Made by a program: the position numbers and the translations under genes. The notes below the pieces were generated by a model that saw only the letters and a list, made by a program, of their open reading frames with translations, was not told the DNA's origin and made no database searches. Of a DNA stretch of 64,000 nt, positions 53,113 through 64,000 are shown piece by piece. The DNA is from Mesotaenium endlicherianum (Eukaryota): NCBI GenBank assembly GCA_009602735.1, contig WELA01003228.1, positions 16,584 to 80,583 on the forward strand. Reading direction: 5' to 3'. Each line of letters starts with the position of its first letter. The stretch's first letter is position 1.

Positions 53113-55926
53113 CACTAGATGGCCCGGAGCATCAAATATGATGCAACGCACAGATTTTGATGCATTTACTTGCTCCCCTTGCGACCTCTGTATCTTTCTT
53201 AGTACTTATTTGTTTTGATCAAAATTAGTCTTAGACAAGGGACTATATCGCCAAGTGTCCACAATTAAATCTACAGGTAAAAGCAACAAAACGCGTACAA
53301 GTTATTCGCATTACCGTACGGTGCTAATTTCGGTTTCGATGAAGAAAATGAACCGAAAAGAAGGCTAACAGCCTTCTTCTTCGCGAGCTTCGTCCGCCAT
53401 GGATGCCTCTGAATATTTGTTAGACGCACTTTTAGACGCTAAAATTTTGGTTCCCGCTGCTCACTTCGGCACTGCAAGGGCAAAAGAGAAGTTTGATGCT
53501 TATTGGGATGAGTTGTTGATAGAGGGAGTGGTGAAGAAGCGGGTGGTGGGGAAAAAGAAGTAGGGTTGTGTGTACGAGGTGTATTTCGTCTATGATAAGA
53601 GTAAGCAGAGATTTTAAGAGTCTTTCGTGAGAGAACACCTTCGCGAAGAGTCTAAGACACTCCATGAATTTTGTGAGGGTGTGTACTCGCGGAAAGATGA
53701 GGAGGAAGAACCGGAAAAAGAAGTTGTGCAGAAAGATGACCGTAGGTCATCTTTCCAAGTGTCTGAGACCCCTTTGGTGCCTCAAGAACTAGATATAGGG
53801 CAACAAGGTTCTCAACCTAGCATAGATGATAGCCAGCTCTCATTTGAGAGAAGGAAGAGGGGTCGGCCTGTGGGGTCAAACAGGATAGCAGCTCCTTCCG
53901 TTAGGAGTAAGTTCATGTTTCAAGGGCCCCCTCTCACAACAAAAAAAGAAAAAGAGCCCATGATAGACTCTGATTCCGACCCTGAGAGCAGCAACAGCAG
54001 TTATGGGGAAGACAGGTTGTCTTCCGAGGAGGAAGAGGAGGTGCCTCTTGCTCCTACCATGCTGGAGGAGGAGGAGGAGGAAGAGAAGGAATATGAAGAA
54101 ATTTGAGATTGGAAGGAGCCTGCCCGCGGAGACTCCTGCCAGGTGGACTTGCTGCAGCCTAGCACTACACATCACCATGGCTTGCAGGGCATTCCAGACA
54201 GGAGGTTTAGAGGCTTGAGCCCCTTTGGGATCTTTTGTTTGTTCATACCTATTGCATTCTTTCAGCAGTTGGTATTGGAGACAAACAATTATGCATCACT
54301 GCATCCTGTCAGAGGTTGGACTCCTGTCACATGCACGGAGATGGTTGTTTTCCATGGGCTATGCATGGCTATGGGCTTGCATGGACTACCGAGACTGAGG
54401 AGTTACTGGCAGAAGACTGTGAAAGGGCCTAGCTTTGGCAGATTCATGAGTAGGAATAGGTTCAAAGATATTAGAAGATTCTTTCATCTCAAAGATAAAA
54501 GACAAAGAACATGCTTTCCTCCAGACTCTAGAGAATACAAGCTATGGCAGCTCCAACCCTTCACAAACTTGTGCATGGAAACCTTCAGCAAGTACTACAG
54601 CCCTGGTGCAACCCTCACAGTAGATGAAAGAATCATTTCTATCCGCAACAGACAGTGTCCTATTAGAGTGTACAACTCCTCCAAACCATACAAGTATGGC
54701 ATAGAAGCATTTACTATTTGTGATGCAATTACTTACTTCTGCAATGTCTTCATCATCTATGATAGGGTGAAGAAAGATGGAGCTAAAACTGATATTGTGT
54801 TAGACCTTGTAGCTATGCTCCCTGTTGGTAGGTTGTTTACACTCATCCTTGATAGAGGTTTTAGCTCACCTCACCTCTTCTCAAAGCTAGCACAACTAGG
54901 ACATGGAGCCACTGGCACAGTTGTGTCCACGAGGAAAAATTATTCTAAGGCTATGTTGTATATGAAGCCTGATAGCCAGCCTAAAGGTGCTTGTCTGGCA
55001 GCTTACAATGAACACCCCCCTATGGTAGCAGCTGTTTGGAATGACAAAGCTCCTTGTGCATTTCTATCTACAGCCAAAGGGCTAGCTCCCAAAACACAAA
55101 CTAGACGTAACGGAAAACAGAAACTTGTCCTTCCAGCTCTTGAGTTAGTTGAGCACTACAATTTGTATAAAGATGCTGTAGGTCAATATGATGCATACTG
55201 TTTGAAGAGGGGCTACAAAAAGTGTACATTCTTTTATAAGGTAGAATAAAATGTATGCTACTGCTATAAAACTTCTGAGGGCATGAGACTCATGTGCTGA
55301 TGTGACTGTATTTAATTATAATTTTTTTTTCCAAAAATAAAAATATTGCAGATTTTGCCTACGAAGAGTGAATGTTTGACTTATTCATTTTTTATAATTA
55401 AATTTTTTTAAAAAGTTTCAAAAAGCTGTCAAAACACTTATTTGGTGTGCATGGTTTGAAGCTAGCATGACCTCTGTGCACTTCAGAAAGTGCTGCTAAG
55501 TTGAGGCAGGTACCAAAACGCTTGTTGCATCAATGTTTTTTTGCGCATCAAATGTGATGCTATTTTTCTTTGGGACCTATTGTGCACCATACTTGTTTTA
55601 TGACTTTGAAACTTTGCACACCCACTTATGACCCTTATGCACACTACAGGCAAAAATCACGATCTCTTGATCACTTTCTGGTAAGAGTTATGATGCACCA
55701 AATATTGCAATTTTTTCAAGATTTTTTTGGGTTGCATTCTTTTCGATTTTTTATCCCCAAAAAAAAATCAAGTTACCAAAAAAAAATGGGATCCTCAAGA
55801 TTGTGATATAAGATTTTCAAATATATGCATCACTTAAGATTTGGATTGGTATTGTGGTGGGAAAAAAATCAAGAGTAAAGGTAGTAGATGCATCAAAAAG
55901 TGTGTATTCTGGTGGGCCATCTAGTG
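53113..55926 (+). mobile_element. piggyBac-family DNA transposon
   Basis: Perfect 13-bp TIRs CACTAGATGGCCC (53113-53125) and GGGCCATCTAGTG (55914-55926). TTAA on both sides (53109-53112, 55927-55930). The family-A LTR resumes after it. Confidence 0.95.
53399..55249 (+). pseudogene. piggyBac transposase (three in-frame stops, C-terminus apparently truncated)
   Basis: One frame from ATG 53399. Motifs ETNNYA, MSRNRFKDIRRFFH, LTVDERII, YNSSKPYKYGI, LILDRGFSS, ATGTV, WNDK, YNLYKDAVGQYD (third catalytic Asp position reads Gly). Confidence 0.9.
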
Positions 55927-56702
55927 TTAACTAATTAACCAGCAAAAGACAAACGTACTAGCAGTGGACAATACTCGCAAGTCAAATGCAAGTAAACGAG
56001 CATCAATAATGCAATCAGTAAACTCATACATAAGCAAGGTTAGAAGACAGTGCGTATCAATGGCTTCTCGCCTTGGATTCAGATATCCCTAGGTAAGCAG
56101 TACAAAAGAGTTGGCCTCGTTTTCGAATGCCGAACTCGAGACCAATACCTAGCATATGTACATGGAATGAGTTTACTGTTCAACGGCAATAGCGATGGCA
56201 CCGCCTACTCGGGAGTTAGCCACGTTGGTAGAACCTCGGCTAACCAAATCCACAGCCATCTCCCATTATCCCAAATCGCCATCCACCTTAAGGGTGTCAT
56301 CTGGCCACTCATCTAGCACACCACACTTAGATGCATAGCTAGGCAATTCGCTGCTGCCGAGTACGGCAGCCAGCTGACTGTCAAAGAATGTGTCAGCAAG
56401 CTGACCCAAGTCAATAGGTTAACCTGATGGACTTCAGCCTGCTACTCTCGGTTAAGTCATTTAGCTAAGTATTAAATATCCAGCAGACTTAAATTCAGCA
56501 AACTAAATATTAACTAAAGTTCAGCAAGCTGAACTTATTTAATTATTATGTCTAAACGAATATTACATCTATCCAATCTACTGATTTATTAAATTTCTCC
56601 AATTTAAATTATTGTCGACTCGACAACACTTCTACATTATTTACAGCTAAGTAACACACATGCAACACAACCAACTGAATCTAAAATAAAAACAACAACA
56701 AA

Positions 56703-58369
56703 CTAAGTACCAAGAGCTCGGTATTTCGGGAAGCCAGACCTGGATCCGGATTTTCTTCTCTTGTCTGATGGTACCCTGAAATTTGGAGGCTCAGACCAGG
56801 GTGAATCGAGGGGTGAACGCAGCAACTGGACAGCCTGCTCTTGCACTGTCTGCGCATTGATGGAGAGCACTCTCTCCTGTGCAGCTCTTAAACTGACAGG
56901 GACATACACTGGCATACAGGAGGGGTGCTGCATGACACGGGCTATTGGTACATGTCCTCTATGAGAGGGGGATGTTTGTTGCCCTTTGGCTGCCTCCTTG
57001 GCAGCCCTTTTGTCTGTTTTGTCTGACTGAGTGCCACCTCCTGGGGTGGGGCTTCTCCTGCTGAGACTTCCCAGCCACTGGAAATCTGGGTCTCTCGGTG
57101 GGCTGGTATCCCTAAGCGGCTGCGAGACTGCCTATACAAAGGCCCTTTTAGTGGGGGATGTAGCGGGGGTCTATGCCTCAGCAGGACTAGACTCCTCTCC
57201 GGCGCCTTTCTTTTCTTTGTCCTCCTGATCCTCTGAGACTTCTAGAGTCTCTCTGGTCATCTCCTCCAACCGTTCCTAAGAAAAGAGTATCCCACTGACA
57301 TCCCTATTTTGGGTGCAGGGGGGGGTTGCTGCCAGTTGGATCCTGACCGCATACAAGCCTTTCTTCCCTTGCTTACTTGCCCATTTGGCATAAGCATGCT
57401 TCCCCTTAAACAAAGAATCTTTAGCCCAGGTCCTATCCTCCTGTGTCCCCTGACTCATGCAGTCCGTGACTCCATCTAGTTGTGGATCCCATGCTGCAAT
57501 GTGAGGTGGCAGCACTATCTTCCCCTGCAAATCTGCCAGGAAATCGTCTTCCTCTGCTCTTTCATTTTGCTGGTCCTTCATGGTGATGGTCATCGAGCGC
57601 CAGTCAGTGGGCTGCAGAAAGAAAGCAGGATCCGTCCTCTTCAAAGTACAGGGGTACCAGTGACCTGAGAAATCCCTGGTCTCCCTTGCCAAGAACTCCC
57701 AGCTTCTTCTCTCCACCTCGTTATACATAGCCTTGAACCGGTTGTGAGAAGTGGCATCCTTGAAATTGTTTGTATTCATAGGAATCAACCTGATGACCCT
57801 GTCTGCGCCCCAGATCCCAGGTATTGGCACCGTTTCAGATTCACCTATCTGGCCCAATGCTTTGGCCTCTCGGATTGTATACCCCACCATTTTGGTATAT
57901 TCATGGTACAGTAGAACCCTTGTGCTGACTTCTATGTACTTGTCAAAACCTTGGACTGTCTCCTCTTCCCGCTGCAGTATGTCCCTCTGTGATTTATTTT
58001 GGTTCCTCTGGGCGTACTTGACGGCCTGCTCCAAAAGATCAAAGTCCTTGCCCATCACCGTCTAGCGGTAGCTTTTGATTTTCCACTGTTCCTCCTCAGC
58101 CTGCTGCTTTTGCCTCTCCTCAGCCAATCTTGCTCCTCCGCCTTCTTGGCTTCCTCTGCAGCTTTTCTGTCCTGCTCCTCCTGTCTCAACCTGGCCTGTT
58201 CTTCCTTCTCCTTCCTCTTTTGAGCCTCTCGATGGAGTCGGAGTCGCTCTCATTCTCCAGAAGAGATGGAGGATGATTTGATGTCGCCATGGAACACCTT
58301 GTACTCCGCCTGTGCCTCGTTCGCCATTCTTTTCCTCTTGAGTTCAGACAATGGAGTCATCCTGCTCAT
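56703..58369 (-). pseudogene. accessory ORF3 of A2, function unknown; several stops/frameshifts
   Basis: The 260-aa open core 57276-58058 shares blocks KMVGYT, YNEVERRSWE-LARE, QPTDWR-MT, LPPHIA-WDP and FKGKHA--KWA with A1 ORF3; the GHVP...QHP--MPVYV block further downstream is also shared. Confidence 0.8.
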
Positions 58370-60402
58370 TCATACCACAATGGGGCTAATGTAGTCATCA
58401 TATCATGCACAGGGTTGAGTACTTTGACAGGGAAGAACGTAGTAGAGGGAGTTAGGGCATGCAATACCCGGTGTAAGTAAATTGAAAGTGCGAGTGTGCT
58501 TGAGAGAGAAGTGAGTATGAGCGCAGTTGAGTGTCAAGGATGAATATGCAACGGCAATCGGCAATCGGCTAGTTTCCCACTCCCTCCAACTTAATGTTTA
58601 AGGTGGGTTGCCTGTTTCAACTGTCACTGGGCTGCCTGTCACAACTGTCACTCACTGTCAATTATTATCACTTTTTGTTACTAATTGACACTTTATGCCA
58701 CGTTTGGCCACATTTTCCTTCCAACTTAAATGGAGACAGGACCTCCTGTCACCTTCCCATGTCAACTGAAATTACAGTAAGGGAGGTGTCCCAGCCTCCC
58801 AAAGGTAAAATCGTCTCAACGCCTCTTTGGCATTGGTCAAATGGTCCTTAAATTCATAGGTGTTCCCAGAGGCATCGTAACCCTTCCATCTGACCATATA
58901 TTTCATGACATATTTAGATGATCGACGGAGAGAGCGAGCTTCTAAAATCTCAAAAACCTCATATTCCTCGGGGTCACCTTCCCAGACACCGGGGACCGGT
59001 CCCGGTTGGACAGGTAACCGACCTGTGAACAGTATGTCACCTTTGATATCTGGTTCCAGGATGGAGACATTAAAGATTGAGTGACCCTTGTATTCCGCTG
59101 ACATGTTCAGTTTGTAAGCATTCTGACCGACACGGCGCACCACCAAATATGGACCGACCCAAACCGGACCAAGCTTTTTCTTGACCACACCATGCAGGTA
59201 CAGGTGTTGAGAATGCGATTTGACCAAATTGCCCTTTGAAAATATCAGCTCTCAACGGTGTTAATTAGCGTATTTTTGTTCAATTGCCTGGGCTCTGTGC
59301 TAATTGTGTTGGACTTCTGACCGTGTTTCAGCAAATTCTTGATTTAACTGGAGAGACAGCAGATTCTCAATCCCCTCAAGGTGAGTTTAAGACTCCCCTA
59401 GCACATCTGAAGGAGACTTTGGGACTCTATCCAGACTGAGTTCAAAAGGAGTCTTTCCCATTGACATGTGCACCGCACTGTTGACCGCAGACTAAATTTG
59501 AGGCAACAGGTCATCCCAATTATCTTATTTTTGGTTAATGTATGCTCTCAGCACCTCTTGCAAAACTGACTAAAGTTCCTTGCAAGTCAAGTCGTCTCGA
59601 GAGTGCATCAGCAGGATTCAACTTCCCTGGTTTGTAGTCAATCTGGACTTGGAATTCCTCCAACATCTGGCTCCAGCGATTCACCCTCCTCGACAGCTTG
59701 GATTTCTTCTGAAAGTGAGTCAGAGCTAGATGATCCGTAATCACCTTAAAAGCTTTACCATGTAAGTATGCTCTTCACTGTTTGAGCACATGAATGATAG
59801 CAAGCAGCTCTTTATCATGCACATAATAGTTAATTTCAACTGGGTTGAATTTCATAGACTCATACAGCACAGGGTGCCACTCCTGCCGTACCTTACCATC
59901 CTTTGTGGTTTTGTCAGCAGGCTGCAACAAAATAGCACTCATGGCAAAGTCAAAAGCATCAGTAACCACCTGCACAGGTTTGCTGGGGTCATACACGGCT
60001 AGGACTGGGGCAGATTAAAGAGCATCTTTAAGGATCTAGAAGGCAGCTTGCCGCTCTTTCCTCCACACATACCCTATGTCTTTCTTAGTAAGGTCAGCCA
60101 GTTTACTGGCCTTTGTAAAATAATTCTCAATGAATCTCCTATAGTAGTTAGCCAACCCAAGGAAGGATCTAATTTCCGAGACAGACTGTGGTACTGGTTA
60201 GTTCCTTATGGTGAGGACTTTCTTAGGATCCACACTGATGCCTTTCTTACTGACAACGTGGCCCAAGAATACTTTCCTTAAAGAAATCACACTTGCTCCT
60301 TTCAGCATTTAACTGATTTCTTCTCAGAGTGTCCATGTCTGTCTTTAAGTGCTCAGCATGCTCAGCTTCATTTTTAGACAAAATTGAAATATCATCCAAG
60401 AA

Positions 60403-61111
60403 TGAAAGGGGGAAGATTGCGGGGAGTGCGCCCATACACACTCACGCACTCTCACCTGTTAGTGGAAGCGTGCACGAGGACCTTTCCTAGTTGCATACAC
60501 AAGGTGGAGTGGCCTGGTGGTATGCCACCCTTGCAAAAGTTAGAGGGCTACATGAGAGAGGAGTGGAAAAGAACTCACTTTATTAAGAAAAGTCGTGTAC
60601 AAGATAAGAAGGTTAGACTAGACTAGACTAGACAAGACAAGACCCCCTCTTTTATGCTTCAACTCTAAGTGTCCTCTCTAGCAAAGTACCTCCAGAACCT
60701 TCTACTATGGCTCCTTCCATGTAGGTGACCTTGTCTAGTTGGACAAGCTAGCACACTCACACGAACACAATCACCCTCTAGAATATTCTACTACACAATC
60801 CACTAACTCCTCACGGAGTTTCTAGAAATTCCACGATCACTTTTGCACTCTACGTAATTGTACGTAGTTTTTGGAACCCTCATGTTTCAATGTCCTACTT
60901 CCTGGACTCCAACCGACATTTTCGTCACTGGACCTGTCCTTGTCACTAAATAGAATCTGTGACATAAAAAATTCACTAAAAACTTCCAAAATTCATAACT
61001 TTCTCAATACTTGTCAAAATGACTTGAAATAAAGGCCAAAGTTCTCTTAAAATTACACTCTATGCGTATAAAATACTAGAAGGATACAAACTACACATTC
61101 ATAACCTTACA
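60403..61111. mobile_element. solo LTR (family F, 709 bp) inserted in the A2 RT at the xLDD motif
   Basis: Termini TGAAAGG...CCTTACA. Perfect TSD AAGAA at 60398-60402 and 61112-61116. RT sequence resumes on both sides. Confidence 0.85.
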
Positions 61112-62234
61112 AAGAAGACTTGCAAAAACTTATCCAAGTAAGGCCTAAAAATGTCATTCATAGCACCCATGAAGGTTGCAGGAACATTAGTCAGTCCAAA
61201 TGGCATCCGATTAAACTCATAGTGTTCATAACGTGTGCGGGAGGCAGTCTTGTGTTGATCTCTTCAGCAATTCTGATTTCATGATAGCCACTCTTGAGAT
61301 CTATCTTACTGAGCACTTTAGCACCAGACAGGGTATCAAGCAAGTCCTCGATTCTGGGTAAAACATACTTGTTCTTCACTGTAATTCTGTTAAGAGCTCT
61401 GTAATCCACACACATTCGCATACTACTATCCTTCTTTTTAACAAATAAGATGGGTGCGCCATAAGGTGATTTACTTGGAGAAAAATGACCATTTTCCTCT
61501 AGCTCTGCAATCTGTGTTTTCAACTCTTCGCTCTCCACATAAGACAAGCCATAGGTGCATTGCCAAGGTGGCTAACTCCCAGGTAATATATCAATCTTAT
61601 GGTCTACTTCCCTCTTAGGGGGTAGTCCTGGAAGCATATTAAAAAAATCAGTATACTGAGCAACAATTTTTGCAGCAGTAGAGTGCTCCAAAGGGCTCAC
61701 CTTTTTCTCAACCACTTCTTCAAGTTAAGATGGTACCTCTTTTAGCAGCAGGCATAACATTATGTCTTCCCTCTGGTTCCAGCTTTTGATGAACTCAATT
61801 GCATTCAGCAATTTGCATCCTCCTAGAAGCCTCTTTTTTTCCTTCATTTGCCATCCATACGAGACAAGAGGAAGAGCACTGGTGGGTGCCAAGTTAGTCT
61901 GCCCATCACTGGCTCCTCTCACTTTAACTGTACCTCTGCTTTAACACACTACAAGTTGATGTCTGTTAAGCCAGGACTTGCCTAGCACGAGATCATAAAA
62001 GCAAATGTTGTGTACCTCAAATGTAAGCGTTTCAGTTAGAACTGCAATGCCGGAACCTAACTGGAACTCAATAGGATTGGTTATAACTCCTCCCGGGATA
62101 CTTGAGGCATCTCCAAGGATTATTTTTCTATTCTCATAGGTGACAGTAGGCAGCTTTAGCCGCTTAACTAAGTCCTTATGGATAAAATTTTGTGACGCCC
62201 CTCCGTCAACAAATGCCCTCACCTTCCTACCTGC

Positions 62235-62292
62235 TGTAGTGATTTGAGTTATAATATATTAATTTGCATATATTTTAATGCTTTTGAATATA
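62235..62292 (+). repeat. first ~58 bp of another family-B LTR, inserted in the A2 protease and interrupted by element E
   Basis: TGTAGTGATTTGAGTTAT... matches 39613 and 43210. Confidence 0.85.
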
Positions 62293-63500
62293 TGTTGTGC
62301 GTTACGAGGTCGAGTGCGCAACACAGATATAAGCAACACATCATAAGCAAGCAAGCTTTGTTGCAATGAAGTCTATAATACATGTGGCTTTATAGCCAAA
62401 AAGTGAGTTAAGTCTCAAATGTTTTAATTCCCCCCCCCGCTCTCAACCTCCAGCTGTTGGGCTGTGTACGCTGCCTAAGGCTAGCTCAGAGCAGTCGTTG
62501 CAGAACCAGTCTCTAGCTGGCACGCGAGTCAGCGGCGGGTCGAGGCAGCCAATGTGGAAGTCGAGGTTGCAGCTGTCGCAGAGCAGAATCTTGGCCTCCT
62601 GGCCAGGACTGTGGCAAATCTGGCATGCCCAGTCCTTGGGCGGACGCGCGTCGTGGGGACGAATTTGCAAGTCAATGTTAGGAAGGTGGCATGGTCCACA
62701 GTTCTTCGTGTGGTCCTTGTGAAGACGGCCATGTGCGTCTTCCAGCTCCAGGACTCCTGACGCCAAGACGCGCTTGACGCGCAGGATGACCGACGAGCTG
62801 CTGGTGTCAAGGGTGTTCTTTGTCTGACGTCGCAGGTACACGAAGTCTCCTGCGGAAAACTGCAACACCCGCGGACGGTACGCTCCTCCACGAGTCATGG
62901 CATACCTCAGCGTATCGCAATGCTGTGCGATGCTGAGTTTATCTATGGCCATGGGCATCAGGCGCTGGAAGAGCTGCGCACGCTGCCCGATAAGAACGCT
63001 CCACGTCTCGGGACTGTCCAAGTCCCAGACGTTCTCGGCCACAATCCTGGCTGCGGCGGGCAGGACTGGTTGGCGGCCGTAGAGAAGGAAGTAGGGAGAG
63101 TGCGAGGCCAAGGAGGCTCGCTTACTGAACCTCTACCCCATAGCCAACCACGAGAGGGCGTCGTCCCAGTGGGTGCTGTCGTGGGCAAGGCAGTACTTCC
63201 GCAATCTGGCCTCAGCGAAACTGTGCAGACAGATCGTCTCGAGCTGTCAACCACCTACTGTGGCCGGACAAGCTGGCACGGGGCCAGCTGGACTCGCGGG
63301 CGCGACTGCCCTCGCGCAGCTAGCTCGACGCGGGGGTTGCCAGAGATGCGGCATAAGCTCTGCTCGGGTGGCTGCTGTAAACGGGAGGCGAGGGAGCGGC
63401 CTGCCACTCGTGCGCGCCACCTTCTGAGAAGGCGTTCGTGAGGGGCCGTCGCCTGCGATGTGGCTGCGTGGGACGCCGGTGCGTCGAGCTGCAGGGTTGA
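62293..63500 (-). mobile_element. gypsy element E fragment: integrase C-terminus plus intact PHD finger, PPT and a short putative 3' LTR (~62293-62427)
   Basis: SPYFLLYGRQP, GDFVYLRRQ, PHD CQIC...LLCDSCNLDFHIGC...WFCNDC (C4HC3). The stop at 62443 is followed by a G-run PPT. Confidence 0.85.
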
Positions 63501-64000
63501 TAAAATGAAATGATTTACCAAATAAGCGATTAACAATTAATGAAGATCTTAATATCAGCGAGTACTCTCTATGGTATTTTCAATTTAATTGATGAAACAG
63601 CAAAAGACAACACACTAGCAGTGGACAATACTCGAAAGTCAAATGCAAGTAAACTAGCATCAATAATGCAAACAGTAAACTCATGCATAAGCAAGGCTAG
63701 AAGACAGTGCGTATCAATGGCTTCTCGCCTTGGATTCAGATCTCTCTCGATAAGCTCTACAAGAGAGTTGGCCACATTTCCGAATGCCGAACTTGAAAGC
63801 AATACCTAGCATATGTACATAGAATGAGTATACTGTTTAACGGCAAGTGCGATGGCACCGCCTACCCGGGAGTTAACCACGTTGGTAGGACCTCGGTTAA
63901 CCAAATCCACCGCCATCTCCCATCACCCCGAATCGCCATCCATCTTAAGGATGTCATCTGGCCATTCATCTCGCATTCCACACTTAGATGCATATCAAGG
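63501..64000 (-). repeat. fifth family-A LTR copy, running off the window edge
   Basis: Aligns with 37544 onward. Confidence 0.9.

Larger units (their letters stand above)
53027..62234 (-). mobile_element. second family-A chromovirus copy (A2): 3' LTR 53027-~56592 (split by piggyBac), ORF3, chromodomain, internally deleted integrase, RH, RT, protease; 5' part not in window
   Basis: LTR homology. Chromodomain ORF 58772-59227. RH/RT/PR fragments 59535-62222 closely match A1. An integrase deletion of roughly 0.75 kb has its junction near 59566. Confidence 0.9.

Overview
Eukaryotic nuclear DNA from a photosynthetic green-lineage organism; a streptophyte alga is my inference from the intron-rich plant-type genes. 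There are three N gaps. The left ~36.5 kb is gene-dense, with spliced genes I modelled by hand from GT-AG boundaries: an O-fucosyltransferase-family gene (partial), a probable Tat-targeted thylakoid lumen protein of unknown family, alkaline ceramidase, WDR75/UTP17, Z-ISO, psaE and a SUD1/CER9 (DOA10/MARCH6) E3 ligase. A decayed hAT-like remnant lies among them. The right ~27 kb is a deeply nested transposon pile. It holds a full-length chromodomain Ty3/gypsy element (family A, 37544-51515, TSD GCATT), a second decayed family-A copy, a nested gag-pol element (family B), two solo LTRs, two PHD-finger-integrase gypsy remnants and a TTAA-flanked piggyBac. The strongest novelty candidate is a conserved, non-env accessory ORF (ORF3) of unknown function that both family-A copies carry between pol and the 3' LTR, bracketed by duplicated PPT motifs. 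Also notable: a tRNA-like Pol III module inside a solo LTR, and a family-B junction that duplicates 25 bp of its own upstream flank.
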